64,000 bases of DNA from Welwitschia mirabilis (Eukaryota): the NCBI GenBank assembly GCA_051453625.1, contig JBOZIK010000001.1, positions 20,554,059 through 20,618,058 on the forward strand, read 5' to 3'. The notes below the pieces were generated by a model. It ran no database searches. It was given only the letters and a program-made list of their open reading frames with translations, and was not told the DNA's origin. Position numbers and translations under genes: made by a program. Shown in pieces: positions 14,128 to 27,000 of the stretch (positions are counted from its first letter, which is position 1; each line of letters starts with the position of its first letter).

Positions 14128-17100
14128 ATGAATAATCCTTCATATGGCTTTTCTACTAGAAGACTACCCATGTTCGATGGAATAAACTTTGCTTACTGGA
14201 AAGCTCATATGAGAATATCTCTTAGATCCTTAGATGTAGACATAAAGGAGGTAATCTACGATGGATACATCATGTCCACAATCCAAAATTAATATTAATG
14301 AAACCATGATAATGGTAGAAAAATCTCGAGATCAATGGACCCCTACTAATAAAGCTAAGATTACCCTAGATGCCCATACTTTTAATGTTATTTTTTGTGT
14401 AGTATATACAAATTAATTTCCCTATTAATAAAGCCAAGGTTACCCTAGATGCCCATGTGTGTAGTATATACAAATGAATTCAAAAGAATTATGATCTATG
14501 AACATGCTAAAGAAGCTTGGGATATTCTTGAAATAGCACATGAAGGAACATCTACTGTAAAGTAGGTAAAGCTATAGATGCTCATTTTTAAGTTTGAAGA
14601 TATTCACATAGAAGAAGAGGAGACTCTATAAGAGTTCTTTACTAAACTAACAGACATTGTAAATTCTATGGCAAGTTTAAGATCTCTCCTAAAACACTTT
14701 GAGCCAAAGGTCACAGCCATCAAGGAAAGCAAGAACATCAATCAAATATCACTTGAAGAACTTCAAGGTAATCTTCAAACTTATGAGTTAAAACTTTTAA
14801 AGATAAAAAGAAAAGTCTTGCATTGAAAAGTATGTAGGAAAAATCTAGATTTGATAAATTAGATGAAGACCTTGATGAAGATGAGGTTGTTCTTTTGGAA
14901 AGCAGATTCAAAACATTATTGCACATAAGAAATAAATAAGGTAAATTAAGTAAGGAATCAAAAAGGAATCATTCCAAACTAAGAATAGATCCAAAAAAGA
15001 AAAAGAAGATCCGATGCTATTCCTGTAAGGGATGTGGACATGCTACAAATGAATGTCCAAATAATAGAAGAGATCAAAGGAAATTCAAGACATCATTTTT
15101 TATTGCCATCTAGGATAATGTAAATGAAGAAGATGATAATAGCTCAAGCCAAGAGTCAGATGGAGACATAAGACTTTNNNNNNNNNNAAGACTTTCTTTC
15201 ATAGTAATAGTCCGTCCCATAAAGAACATGCCTTACTCAACAAAACTAGATGATCTAGATCTTATTAAATAAGATCAAAAGAAGCTTGAAGATACCTATC
15301 AAGAGCTTTATTCAGAAAGTGAAAATTAGTAAAATAAATCAATTATCTAAATAAGATAGTAAAGGTTCTAACCAAGAAAAAGAAAGAGTTAGAGACAAGG
15401 TAGAGGATGGTTCAAAAANNNNNNNNNNNNNNNNNNNNNNNNNNNNNNNNNNNNNNNNNNNNNNNNNNNNNNNNNNNNNNNNNNNNNNNNNNNNNNNNNN
15501 NNNNNNNNNNNNNNNNNNTAAATAAGATAGTAAAGGTTCTAACCAAGAAAAAGAAAGAGTTAGAGACAAGGTAGAGGATGGTTCAAAAAGAAAATACCAA
15601 ACTTACTCCAAAGGTAAAAAGTTTGTCTCACTTTGTAAATAAATTTTCATATAGTTCAAGTAAATTGGAACAGACGCTTGAGATATGGAGATCAGTTCAT
15701 GAGAAAAAAGGTATTGGCTTTATCTCTCAAAAACCACACAATCAGGTGAATCATGTAACATGGCAGAATAACTATGTGTCAAAAATTACATGTCATTTTT
15801 GTGGAAAAACAGGTCATTCTAAATTATTGTACAATGCTAGAAAGTTAATGCTCTTTTCAAATTCTATTAGTACTTTTCCATTTAAATTTGTCTAAATGGG
15901 ATGTGTACCATAACAGTTCAAACAGACCGAGTGGTGGGAGTTGAAAATTTGAAAAGTTTATTGATCCAAACAGCTTTTAAAGCATCAAATAAAACTAGCT
16001 GATACTTGGATAGTGGTTTCTCTCAACACATGACAAGTAACAAATCAAGATTTCTACATTTGAATGACTGTGATGAAGGAGAAGTAACATTTGATGTTAA
16101 TAGAAGAGCAAAGATGGAAGGAATTGGAAGNNNNNNNNNNNNNNNNNNNNNNNNNNNNNNNNNNNNNNNNNNNNNNNNNNNNNNNNNNNNNNNNNNNNNN
16201 NNNNNNNNNNNNNNNNNNNNNNNNNNNNNNGTGCTCTTAATGTTTTTTTTAATGCAATGTGTGCAAATGAATTCAAAAGGATTGTGAATTGTAAACCTGC
16301 CAAAAAAGCTTGGGATATTCTTGAAATAGCACATGAAGGAACATCCACTGTAAAGTAGGCAAAGCTATAGATGCTTATCGCAAGTTTGAAGATATTCACA
16401 TAGAAGAAAAACAGACTCTGTAAGGGTTCTTTGCTACATCGATAGACGTAGTAAACTCTATGACAAATCTAGGCAAGAAAATGGACAAAGGGAAGGTTGT
16501 ACGAAAAGTTCTAAGATCTCTCCCAAAATGCTTTGAGCCAAAGGTCACAACCATCGAGGAAAGTAAAAACATCAATTGAATGGCACTCAAGGAACTTCAA
16601 GGTAATTTTCAAACTTATGAGTTAAAGTTTTCTAAAAATAAAAAGAATAGTCTTGCATTAAAAAGTGTGCAGGAAGAGTTCAGATTTGAAAAATCAGATG
16701 AAGACCTTAATGAAGATGAGGTTGCCCTTTTATCAAGGAGATTCAAAAAATTCTTGCACAAAAGAAATAGAGAAGGTAAACCAAGCAAGGACTCAAAGAG
16801 GGGTCATGCCAAACTAAGAAGAGATCCAAAAAAAGAAAAGGAGATCAATGCTATGCTTGTAAGGGATATAGAGATGTTGCAAACAAATGCCCAAAAAAAA
16901 AGAAGAGATCAGAGGAAATCTAAGACATCATCCTTCATTGCCACCTGGGATAATGTAAATGAAGAAGATGATAGTAGCTCAAGCCAAGAGTCAAATGGAG
17001 ACAGAAGACTTTTTTTCATGGAGATAGTCCTCATAAGGAACATCCCTTGCTCAATAGAATGAAATGATCTATATCTTATTGGAGAAGATGAAAAGGAGCT

Positions 17101-20100
17101 AGAAGATACTTGTCAAGAACTTTATTCAGAATGTGAAAAATTGGCAAAATGAATCAACGAACTAAACAAGATAGTGAAGGCTCTGAATAAGGAAAAGGAA
17201 GAGTTGGAGACAAAGTACATGATGGTTCAAATAGAAAACTCCAAGGAAGAGGTAAAACACTTGTCTCACTTTATAAATAAATTTTTAAATAATTCAAGTA
17301 AATTGGAACAGATGCTTGAAATATGAAGACCAGCTCATGACAAAAAAGGTATTGGCTTCATCTTTAAAAAGCACACAGCCAGTTGAATCAAGTAACATAG
17401 CAAAATAACTATGTGTCAAAATTACGTGTCATTTTTGTAGAAAGACAGGTCATTCAAAATTATTTTGCAATGCTAAAAAGTTAATGCTCTTTTCAAATTC
17501 TGTTAGTACTTTTCCATTTAAATTTGTCTCAAAGGGATGTGTACCACAATAGTTCAAATGGACTAAGTGGATGAGGGCTAACAATTTGAAAAGTTTATTG
17601 ATCCAAATGGCTTTTAAAGTATCAAATGGAACTTGCTAGTACTTGGATAGTGGTTGTTCTCGACACATGATGGGTGAGAAATCAAGATTCCAACATTTGG
17701 ATGACTTTGATGGAGGAGAAGCAACATTTGATGACAATGGAAAAGCAAAGATTGAAGGTTTTGAAAGCATCAGTGGAGGTAACATGTTTAAAATTAATGA
17801 GGTTTTATATGTGAATGGTCTTAAACATAGTTTGCTGAGTATTAGTCAGATTTGTGATAAAGGTCATAAAGTTATTTCTGATAGTCAAAAGTGTGAAGTT
17901 CGACATGGTAAAACGAGTGATGTTTTTCTTAAAGCAAGTAGAATAGATAATGTTTACAGCATTGATCAGACTTTATCTACTTATTATTTTTATCATATAA
18001 ATCAAGAAGAACTATGTTACTAATAATTATGACATGCAAATTATGATCATCCCAAAACCATCATTAAAAAGGAAATTCTAAAAGGAATCTCTAAGATTAA
18101 CATTGAAAAAAAAGGGCTATGTGATGCTTGTCAAAAAGGAAAACAAGTTAGGACTTCTCATAAAATTAAAAATCTATTCTCCATAACAATGCCACTTGAA
18201 CTCATTTACATAAACTTGGTGGGTCCTGTCTAAACTAAAAGTCTAGGAGGAAAATGATATTTATTGACTATGGTTGATGACTACTCCAGATTTACTTGGG
18301 TTTCCTTCTTGGAAAACAAAGCTAAAACTTATAAAAGTTATGTTGAAATTTGTAACAAAATCCAAAATGAGAAAGGATACACTATCAAAAAAATTATAAG
18401 TGATTACGGAGGAGAATTTGAATATCATATTTTTGAAAAGTATTATGTAGACAATGATATAGAACATTAGTTCTCAGCCCTAGAGACTCCTCAACCAAAT
18501 GGAATTATATAGGGAAAAAACTAAGTTCTTCAAGAAATGACAAGAACATTCTTAAATAATAAGTAAGTTCCTAAAACATTTTGGGCTAAAGTAGTAAGCA
18601 TTGCTTGCTACATTATAAATAGAGTCTATCTAAGACCAGGTATGGATAAAACTTCTTATGAGCTTTGGAAAGGAAGAAAACTAAATTTTTCATATTTTAA
18701 AGTCTTTGGGAATAAATGCTTTGTATTAAAAGATAGAAAACATTTGAGAAAATTTGAGTCAAAAGTTAATAAATTAATCTTCTTAAGATGATCAACTATA
18801 AGTAGAGCCTATCAAGTTTTCAAAAAAAGAAGTCTAATAATGGAAGAATCTATAAACATTTAAATAGATGACTTTAGCACAAGAATTCTTCCTTCAAATG
18901 GCGAAGAAAATCTAACTCCAAGCACCTTCACAATAAAAGAAGTAATAACCAAAAAGCAAAAAGAGCCATCTCAAGAAGTTACTTCTAAAAAGTTTAAAGA
19001 GCTAAAAGATCATCCTCTAGAGTTCATCATTGAAGATGTTAGCTCAAAAATTTGAACAAAAAACTCTTTTAAAAATTTTTGTGCCCATATTTATTATGTC
19101 TCTCAAATTGAACCCAAAAAAAGTTTGAAGAGGCAAAATATCTTGAAGAATGGATGATGGCTATGTAAAATGAACTTCAAGAATTCAAAAAAAATGATGT
19201 TTAAAAACTTGTAGAAAGACCAAAAGACTGGAGTGTAATTGAAATGAAATAGATCTTTAAGAACAAGTGTAATGAACAAAATAGTGTAATTAAAAACAAG
19301 ATAAGATTAGTAACCCAAGGATACAACCAGATTAAAGGAATGGATGTAACTGATACATTTGCTCCAGTAGCTAGGCTAGATAGTATTAAAATTTTTCTAT
19401 CATGTGCAGCCGTGAAGAATATTAAAGTTTTTCCATTGGATGTGAAAAGTGCCTTGCTAAATGAAACTCTCAATGAAGAGGTTTATGTGTAACAACCTCA
19501 AGGTTTCATAGATCCACACAAATCAAGCAATGTGTATAGACTTAAAAAGGCCTTGTACAAATTAAAACAAGCTCCAAGGGCTTGGTATGAAAACTAGCTA
19601 CATTTCTCAATGAAAACGGTTACACTCATGGAGCTGTGGATAAAACATTGTTTGTAAAAAGTCTTAAGAAGGATTTTGTTATCATTTACATAATTTTTAG
19701 AGCCTCAAAGGAAGTTCTCTCTAGAGAATTTGCTAGCATTATGGCAACACATTTTGAAATGAGTATGCTTGGTGAAGTTCGTATGTTTCTTGGTCTTTAA
19801 ATTAAACAAACAAAACATAAAATTTTCATATCTTAAACCAAATACTCAAGGAACTTAATCAAATGATTTGAACTAGAAAATGCAAAATCAACTAACATAT
19901 CTATGTCAACTTTATGTAAGATTCGTCTTGATGATCATGGAAAATCAATGGACTAAAAACTTTATAGAAGCATGATATCATAAGCAGACCTGATATAATG
20001 TTCAGTGGTGTCGTTTATGCTAGATATTAAACTCAACCAAAGGATCACACCTTCAAGCTATCAAAAGAATTATAAGATACATAAAAGGCACAAGTGACTA

Positions 20101-20606
20101 TAGACTATGATATCCTATAGAATCATCCTTTAAATTTGCAGATTTTAGTGATGCAGATTGGGCTAGTTATAAAGATAATAGAAAAAGTACTAGTGAGAAT
20201 TGTTTTCTTTTAGGATCATGCTTGGTAGGATGGGTAAGTAAGAAGTAAATTCTATCTTATTTTCCATTGTAGAAGCAAAATATATAGCAGCAGGGAATTA
20301 TTGTACCCATCTTCTATGGATGAAGGAGATGCTTAAAGACTTTGTACTAAATTTTGAATAGGTTCCAATTTTTTATAACACACTAGTGTAATTAATATCT
20401 CAAAGAACCCTATTCAACATCCTTGAACTAAATACATTAAATTAAAACATCATTTTCTTAGATATCAAATAAAAATAGGCAACATTTCAATGAATTTTGT
20501 AAGCACTGATATATAACTAGCTGATATTTTCACAAAACCCTTGAACTTTAACAACTTTATAAGACTTCATTGCGAAGTAGGGGTTGTCTCTCCGTCCTCT
20601 AACTGA
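14128..20606 (+). pseudogene. Copia gag-pol pseudogene (gag region present twice)
   Basis: RLPMFDGINFAYWK (gag), CHFCGKTGH knuckle, LDSGCSRHM (protease), VDDYSRFTWV and SDYGGEF (integrase), [15 protein letters not shown] (RT), FSDADWA and ADIFTKPL (RNase H). Many stops and frameshifts. Confidence 0.92.
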
Positions 20607-21042
20607 AGGTAGGGTAGTTAATCCAGTCTTACATTCTGTTGACCAGATCTGGAGAAGAAGTTAATTGATCACATTTTCATCGAGCTACTTAATCTTTTCC
20701 AAATCAACCTGAATCTAGTTGGGTCGATTAGGCAGTCACCCAGTCTTTCCTGGATCAATCTGAATCCATTCGGATCAACTAGTCTTAAGACTCGGTCGGT
20801 TGGACCTAAAAATCTTTGTGACTCGATTCTCATTGGGTGAACTGGATCATAACCTGGTCAACCCAACTTATAGGGTTATATAGTAGGAGATAGGCAGTGA
20901 ACCCATTTTTTCCTTAAATTTAACTTGATCTCCCCTCTTTATAAAATCTTATAGAGCCCTAACATTCCCCATTCATACTTGTCCATCTACCTCTCTCAGA
21001 TCTAGCTGTCTCTCTCAAGTTCTTTTATCTTTAGGAAGTGCC

Positions 21043-22110
21043 ATGTGCTTTCAAACAGCAGAGGGTCCCTCAATCATATCTCATCAGAAAGAACTAGCCA
21101 ACAAAGATCCAAGGTATTTTTACTCTAGAATGTCAAATAAGGATTTAAATAGGTTTTCAGAGAAGTTTGAGAAAAAGCCTGTCTACCAAGAAATGCCTGT
21201 TGCTTCTGGGAACTTAAGGAGCTCTAGGATGTGGTGAGGCTCTTGAATGAATTTGATTTGTCTTATTTTGGTAATGTCTCTTGGTTAGCCTGTCCTTTCT
21301 TATGTGTATGTTTTACTGCAATGCCTCTTTTAATGCTAATTCCTCTACCCTAATAATCCTTGTTTTAGGGATAATAATTAGGGTTACTGTAGATCTCATA
21401 ACCTCCCTTAAAAATATCCTTAGAGGAGATTATAAGGAGTTCTAGCCCCTACATAACTCCATGGAGGATAAGACAGAAGTCACGAGGGAGCTCTGTGATA
21501 AGTTTCTTTGGTGGAAAACTGTCCTTTCCACCTCCTACTTTACCCTAAAGTACCACTTTCTTCATTTAGTTTTTACATACAACTTCTTATCTCTTGAAAG
21601 TCATCGTGATGAGACCTCTAACAATAGGTATTATCTATTGTATTTGGTAGGAACTAGTCACTCTATTAATGCTCTTACCATTATGCTTAAAGATATGGTC
21701 TCTTAGTTGGAGTATTATAAAACTAAAGCTCTTTCTTACTCTGTTTTAATCATAAATATTTGTTGTCATTTTAGAGTCCAATTGCATCTTAAGCTAAACA
21801 CTTTAACTCCTATGTCTACCTTTGGGTATGCAACCCTATCCCACATGCACATTTTCTCTAGTTTAAAGAAACCTTTCAAGTCTCCTTCTCCAAAGCAAGC
21901 CTCTCCTCAAGAGACTCTTTGATACCTAAAGAGGTTGGATTCTTGCATAACGCATATGAAAGAGGCTCTTATTATAGTAGGGTATGAGGTTGCTGACACT
22001 TCTAAGGAATCCTGTAGCTCTATTTAAAAGGCAGCCGAAGAAGAGGAAGAAAAAAAAAACCCAAATTCTAAAGAAGCATCTGAGAAGAAAGAAGAATAAG
22101 AAGGATTGGA
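21043..22110 (+). pseudogene. env-like/extra ORF of the Sirevirus-like element
   Basis: Successive ORF fragments between pol and the PPT (21043-21237, 21461-21706, 21707-21922) with an 'FEKKPVYQE...MFYCN...IRVTVDLI' pattern and an acidic tail. Confidence 0.6.
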
Positions 22111-22613
22111 CTGATTTCTTGTTATCTTTGTTGTTTTTCAGTTGTTCCTGTTTTTTTCCTTTTTCTCTCCCTTATCATTGATGTTAAAAGGGGAAGAAAC
22201 AGTAGTAGTATTTTTTAGTTATTATTAGTTGGTATCAGATGTTATTAGTAGTTTGCAGTAGTACTTATCAGTTTTTCTTAGTTTTAATTACATTTATGAG
22301 CATTTTTCTGTTATACCACTTATAATTACTTAATAGAAATACATTTGGTATCATTTTGTCATATCTATTAATGCATATTACATTTATCATGAACCATGAT
22401 CTTGTCACATCTGTTAATGAATATTACATGTCTCATGAACTATACTTTAAATTGTTTATGTATATGGCTCTCTTTAGAAAACCATTATGAATGCTTAATT
22501 TGATAAACATGCTCAATAATTTTTTGCAAATATAAAGGGTATTTTCTGTGGGGAACTTTTTTAATTAATATTTTCAACTAAGTATAGTTTACACCAATGT
22601 CAAAGGGGAAGAT

Positions 22614-24017
22614 TGTTAAGTTATAATTTATTAAGTTGATGTTAAATTAATATTTTCTGATTTAGCAAAACATGTGTGTATTCCTTGTAGAAAATATTAA
22701 TCCTTGCAAATTNNNNNNNNNNNNNNNNNNNNNNNNNNNNNNNNNNNNNNNNNNNNNNNNNNNNNNNNNNNNNNNNNNNNNNNNNNNNNNNNNNNNNNNN
22801 NNNNNNNNNNNNAAAACATGTGTGTATTCCTTGTAGAAAATATTAATCCTTGCAAATTAGAAGCAATAAACATTTATCATTAACCTACCTAAACCTAACA
22901 AGTTTCAGTCCCTCAAAGAGGTTAACTAGATTACAAAAGGATCTACTGAACCTGTACCAAGAAGTGTTAAAAATAGATTACTAAAGAATCGGTCAGATTC
23001 CTAAGGGATTGAACAAACCTGTACAATAAATTTATCACATCTGATCATGAAGGGGTCAACCAAATTCTTGAGAAGTCGACTAGACCTAGAGTGAAAATTT
23101 TTTTATCTTTTGTCATTAAGGGGTTGACCAGATTCCTGAGGGGCCAACTGGACTTGGGCTAAAAATGTTGTTTTACACTTTTCTTCACATGGGATTAACT
23201 AAACCAAAATGTGGTTAACCAGACATGTGGTCGATCAGATCCCAGATGAAGTTGACTGGATATGGAGACATAAAAAGATTAGATTGACTAAAAGAATATA
23301 GGGATGACTAGCTTTAGTGACGACACTTAATTGGAGTCAATCGGACATTTCGAGGGGTCGATCGGTTGTGACATAAATGAGATTTGCCTATCCATTGTCC
23401 TCCTGTTTTTTATCTGATGGGGAATCTGATTTACTTGTAAAACCCTAAAATGTATCTTCTATATACTTGTCAACCATCAAAATTATTAGACAATCTTTTT
23501 TAGCACATCTTCTACCTGATCAAAAATCAAATGAACATCTTTTTGATTATCAACCTTTTGATCAATCAGTTTGCACTGTACATACATGAATTGTGTTATC
23601 ATTTCAAATAGTGTAGTACTATCATTGTTGTACTTCAAATCTGGTGAAGCTTATGCATTAAAGCACACTATTGACACCGAAAAGCATTCTTTCTAAAGGT
23701 TGAGACTAAGCCTCTGAAAAGTCTAATGGTAAAAGGTTACAGATGAACCTGAAATACATGGAAAATGATTAACTAAGATCTAGATTAGACATGGGTAGAA
23801 GCTGGTCGCTGAGAGTGGAGTTGGGGGTTTTCTAAACCACTATAAATCCTATGTCAATCTTAATTGGTATTTTGTGTTTTTAGTTATTTTCATTTAGATC
23901 ATTTATTTGATATTTCATATGCGCAAATATTTTTATTAAATACTTTGTAGAGATAGGTTTGGATTTATTTATTTTTAGATCCTATTCACCTCCCCCTCTA
24001 TGATTCTAGATCCTTCA
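22614..24017 (+). repeat. 3' LTR of the Sirevirus-like element (contains an N gap)
   Basis: TGTTAAG after the PPT; ends ...GATCCTTCA followed by TSD TCATT. Confidence 0.9.
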
Positions 24018-24022
24018 TCATT

Positions 24023-27000
24023 TCCATCATTATTTCGTATAGGTAAGTATGATATTCTAGCACAGAGAGCTAAGGATGTTAAGCTATATGAGTTTTCAAA
24101 GCATCTTTTAAGATACAAAGATGGAAGATTTGATTGTTATTCAAGATTTCAATAAGTACTTCCTCATTTGCTTAATTCTTTAATGAATTTAATAGAAGAA
24201 AATTAAAATCCTTCACAAATTATTTTGCATTTTGGGTATTATATGTTCAACATGATTATGAGATACAAGGCACTTAGATCTACAACAATGTTTTTCAAAA
24301 AGAACATAATCGATGCCCCAATCATGATAGAGGAATTACATGAACAAATGAATAATTATCCATCAACAGAAATAAGAGACAACTTAATGAGATATGAAAG
24401 CTCTCTAAGAAGCACACCTTTTTCCTAGAAAAAAGCAAATGCAAACTACAAAATATGGTTAACTAGCTTGGAACTCCTATAATATTCTTGACTTTAGGTG
24501 CTATAGATTTATATTGGCCTGATCTATATGATACCATGATTGGTAAACAACCACAAATCTATTTGAAGCCAAATGATGGTGATTGCAAAACATCATTAAG
24601 AACTCACACATTATCTCAGAGTACATGTACAACCATCATAAAATTTTTAGAGAGGTAATTCTAATAAAGGAATTTAATGTTGTAGATTACTAGACAAGAT
24701 TTGAGTGGCAACATAGAGGTTCCCCACATGTATGTATATTTCTATGGATAAAAGAGGCTTCTAACATGGAACAACTTAAATGCTAAGAGTTTTTTTATTC
24801 CATCGTGCATGCATGGAATAGTATATTTGATAAGTGTAATAAACTAAATGTTGTAAGTAAAAGTTGTATCTTCTTTATTCCATGCTTACTAAATTCTACT
24901 ATTTTAGTTCTTATAATAATTTTCTCTTCTATAGGCCCCAAGAAGAAACATGGATCTTCATCCATGTTAATTATGAGAAGAGGATCTCAAACATATGTAA
25001 CTAGATCAAGATTACACAACCTTATTAAACGGTGTTCAAAGACATGTAAGTTGTAAGTTAAGATCATCTTTGAAAAAATGAAATGATTGACAAATGTGCA
25101 GGTACCCACATACTGCTATACTTTTAGCATCATAAATATCTTTAAACTATAGATACTAAGGCTTATTAATTCATGTAGGTATAATATTCCATGGAAGTTG
25201 CAATCTTATGATTCTAGATTGTATATAGATGAAAATAATGATAAGAAGTATGAGCTAAGGAGAAATGATGATGGGTTAAATGTTCATAATAGAATGATTC
25301 TACAAACATGGTGAGAGAATATAGACTTCCAACAAGTCCTTGATAAATGTGTTGTTGTATAGTATATTGCAAAGTATGCCTCAAAGTCAGAGAAGAAATC
25401 AAAGTCATATTTCAATACGTTAATGAAGATGTCACAAGATAGAGATCCAAATGAGCGTGTCATTTCAGCTTACAAAAGACTAATGATGGATACTATAGCA
25501 GATCGTGTTATTGAAGCTATGGAAACATGCCATGTGTTACAAGGAATTCCCTTGGTTGAAAGTAGTAGGATATTTATACCACTTAATGTATATAAGGAGG
25601 TCTAAAAAAAAGTGAGACAAAGCAATCTGGTAGATGAAAAACATGTGTATACCACATTGGTAGATTAGTATCCAAATAGACCATTACATATGAAAGGCAT
25701 GTTATTATTCAATTAGGCAAAATATAATGTATTCCATACAAGAAAAACAAGAAATGGTATCTAACATCCTAGAAAGAAACATGCAATTATCAGAGCTATT
25801 CCTAGATTTCGTGTGTAACTCAACAAAGATGATGACAAATGGATGACTTATTGTTAGGCTTAGCTACTTCTTCATTATCTATTTAGAAATATCAAACATG
25901 ATTTGGAAAACATAGATGAAGAAATAGAGGCTAAATAAATGTCTATTACACATAGGTATGAGAAGTGTAATCCATCATATGATGAGGATTTCGAATGTGC
26001 AACCATAAAGGAGGATTAACATGAAAACATGGAAACATCGCACGTAGAACATTATAAAATGATTATGAAGGATTAATGAGACATCTACTAAATGAAGGAC
26101 TTCTTTAGAAAGGTGAATATGACATGCTGACCTTGCTTGATCTTAATAGACAATGTAATTGGTCTGTAAACCATAAAGGAGAAGACTATGTAAAACACTT
26201 CATCTCCTTTGTTTAAAGTAATAGGACATCATGTAATTTATTGGTCCAAGATGAAATGAATCAAATTACTAGCCTATCTAGCCTTGGTTTAAAATAAAAT
26301 AAATTCTTCAATACACTTATATCTCATTTGGTACTACAATAATTCGAGCAAGAAGACATCCAACCTCTATGCATGATAATCCAAGAAATAGTAGGATTAT
26401 AAAAATCTTTTCTCATTTATGTTATTAAGGAATGAATTTAAGAAGATGTATCCAAACAACACAGGTATAATTATGGTGCTAGCGCTAATGGGAGACACAA
26501 CATACAACATCAAGTGGATAACAATACATCCAGCATTATGTATTAAGATCAACACCTATGAGCCTACTTCATCAAGATAGTTGCTACATCTTTAAGAGAT
26601 CCAAATTAGTAAAGGTTTCAAAATTTATTAATGAATGTAAAAGATGGTAAATATTTAGATGATGATTATGAATTTCTAATTATGTAGTCTAAACTTTCTA
26701 CTAAATCCAATAGAATGGATGCTTTTCAAGATTTAATGCATCTATTTGCCGTGAATGATATGTTTCCCTCTCACAATAGAAAGTGCTTTTTTTAAATGCA
26801 ATTACCTATTGTACAATGTATAGTAGATAATACAAAAGATTCAATTAGATATGATGAAGCNNNNNNNNNNNNNNNNNNNNNNNNNNNNNNNNNNNNNNNN
26901 NNNNNNNNNNNNNNNNNNNNNNNNNNNNNNNNNNNNNNNNNNNNNNNNNNNNNNNNNNNNAAACAAAAGAAATTCTTTAACATACTTATATCTCATTTGG

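Larger units (their letters stand above)
12839..24017 (+). mobile_element. Sirevirus/SIRE-like Ty1/Copia LTR retrotransposon with env-like extra ORF (degenerate)
   Basis: LTRs 12839-14085 and 22614-24017 (TGTTAAG...GATCCTT(A/C)A). TSD CCATT/TCATT. Decayed Met-PBS after the 5' LTR; PPT AAAGGGGAAGA, with a second PPT-like motif at ~22186. LTR ends in ATTCACC(T)CCCCCTCT and contains GGTCGAC-type repeats. Domain order gag-PR-INT-RT-RH. Confidence 0.92.

Noticed and set aside
15349-15590. Identical ~70 bp sequence on both sides of an N gap
   Set aside because: A perfect copy flanking a 100-N gap indicates an unmerged contig overlap, not a biological repeat.
22665-22860. Duplicated segment around the gap in the 3' LTR
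   Set aside because: The flanks are identical and the duplication is absent from the 5' LTR; assembly artefact.
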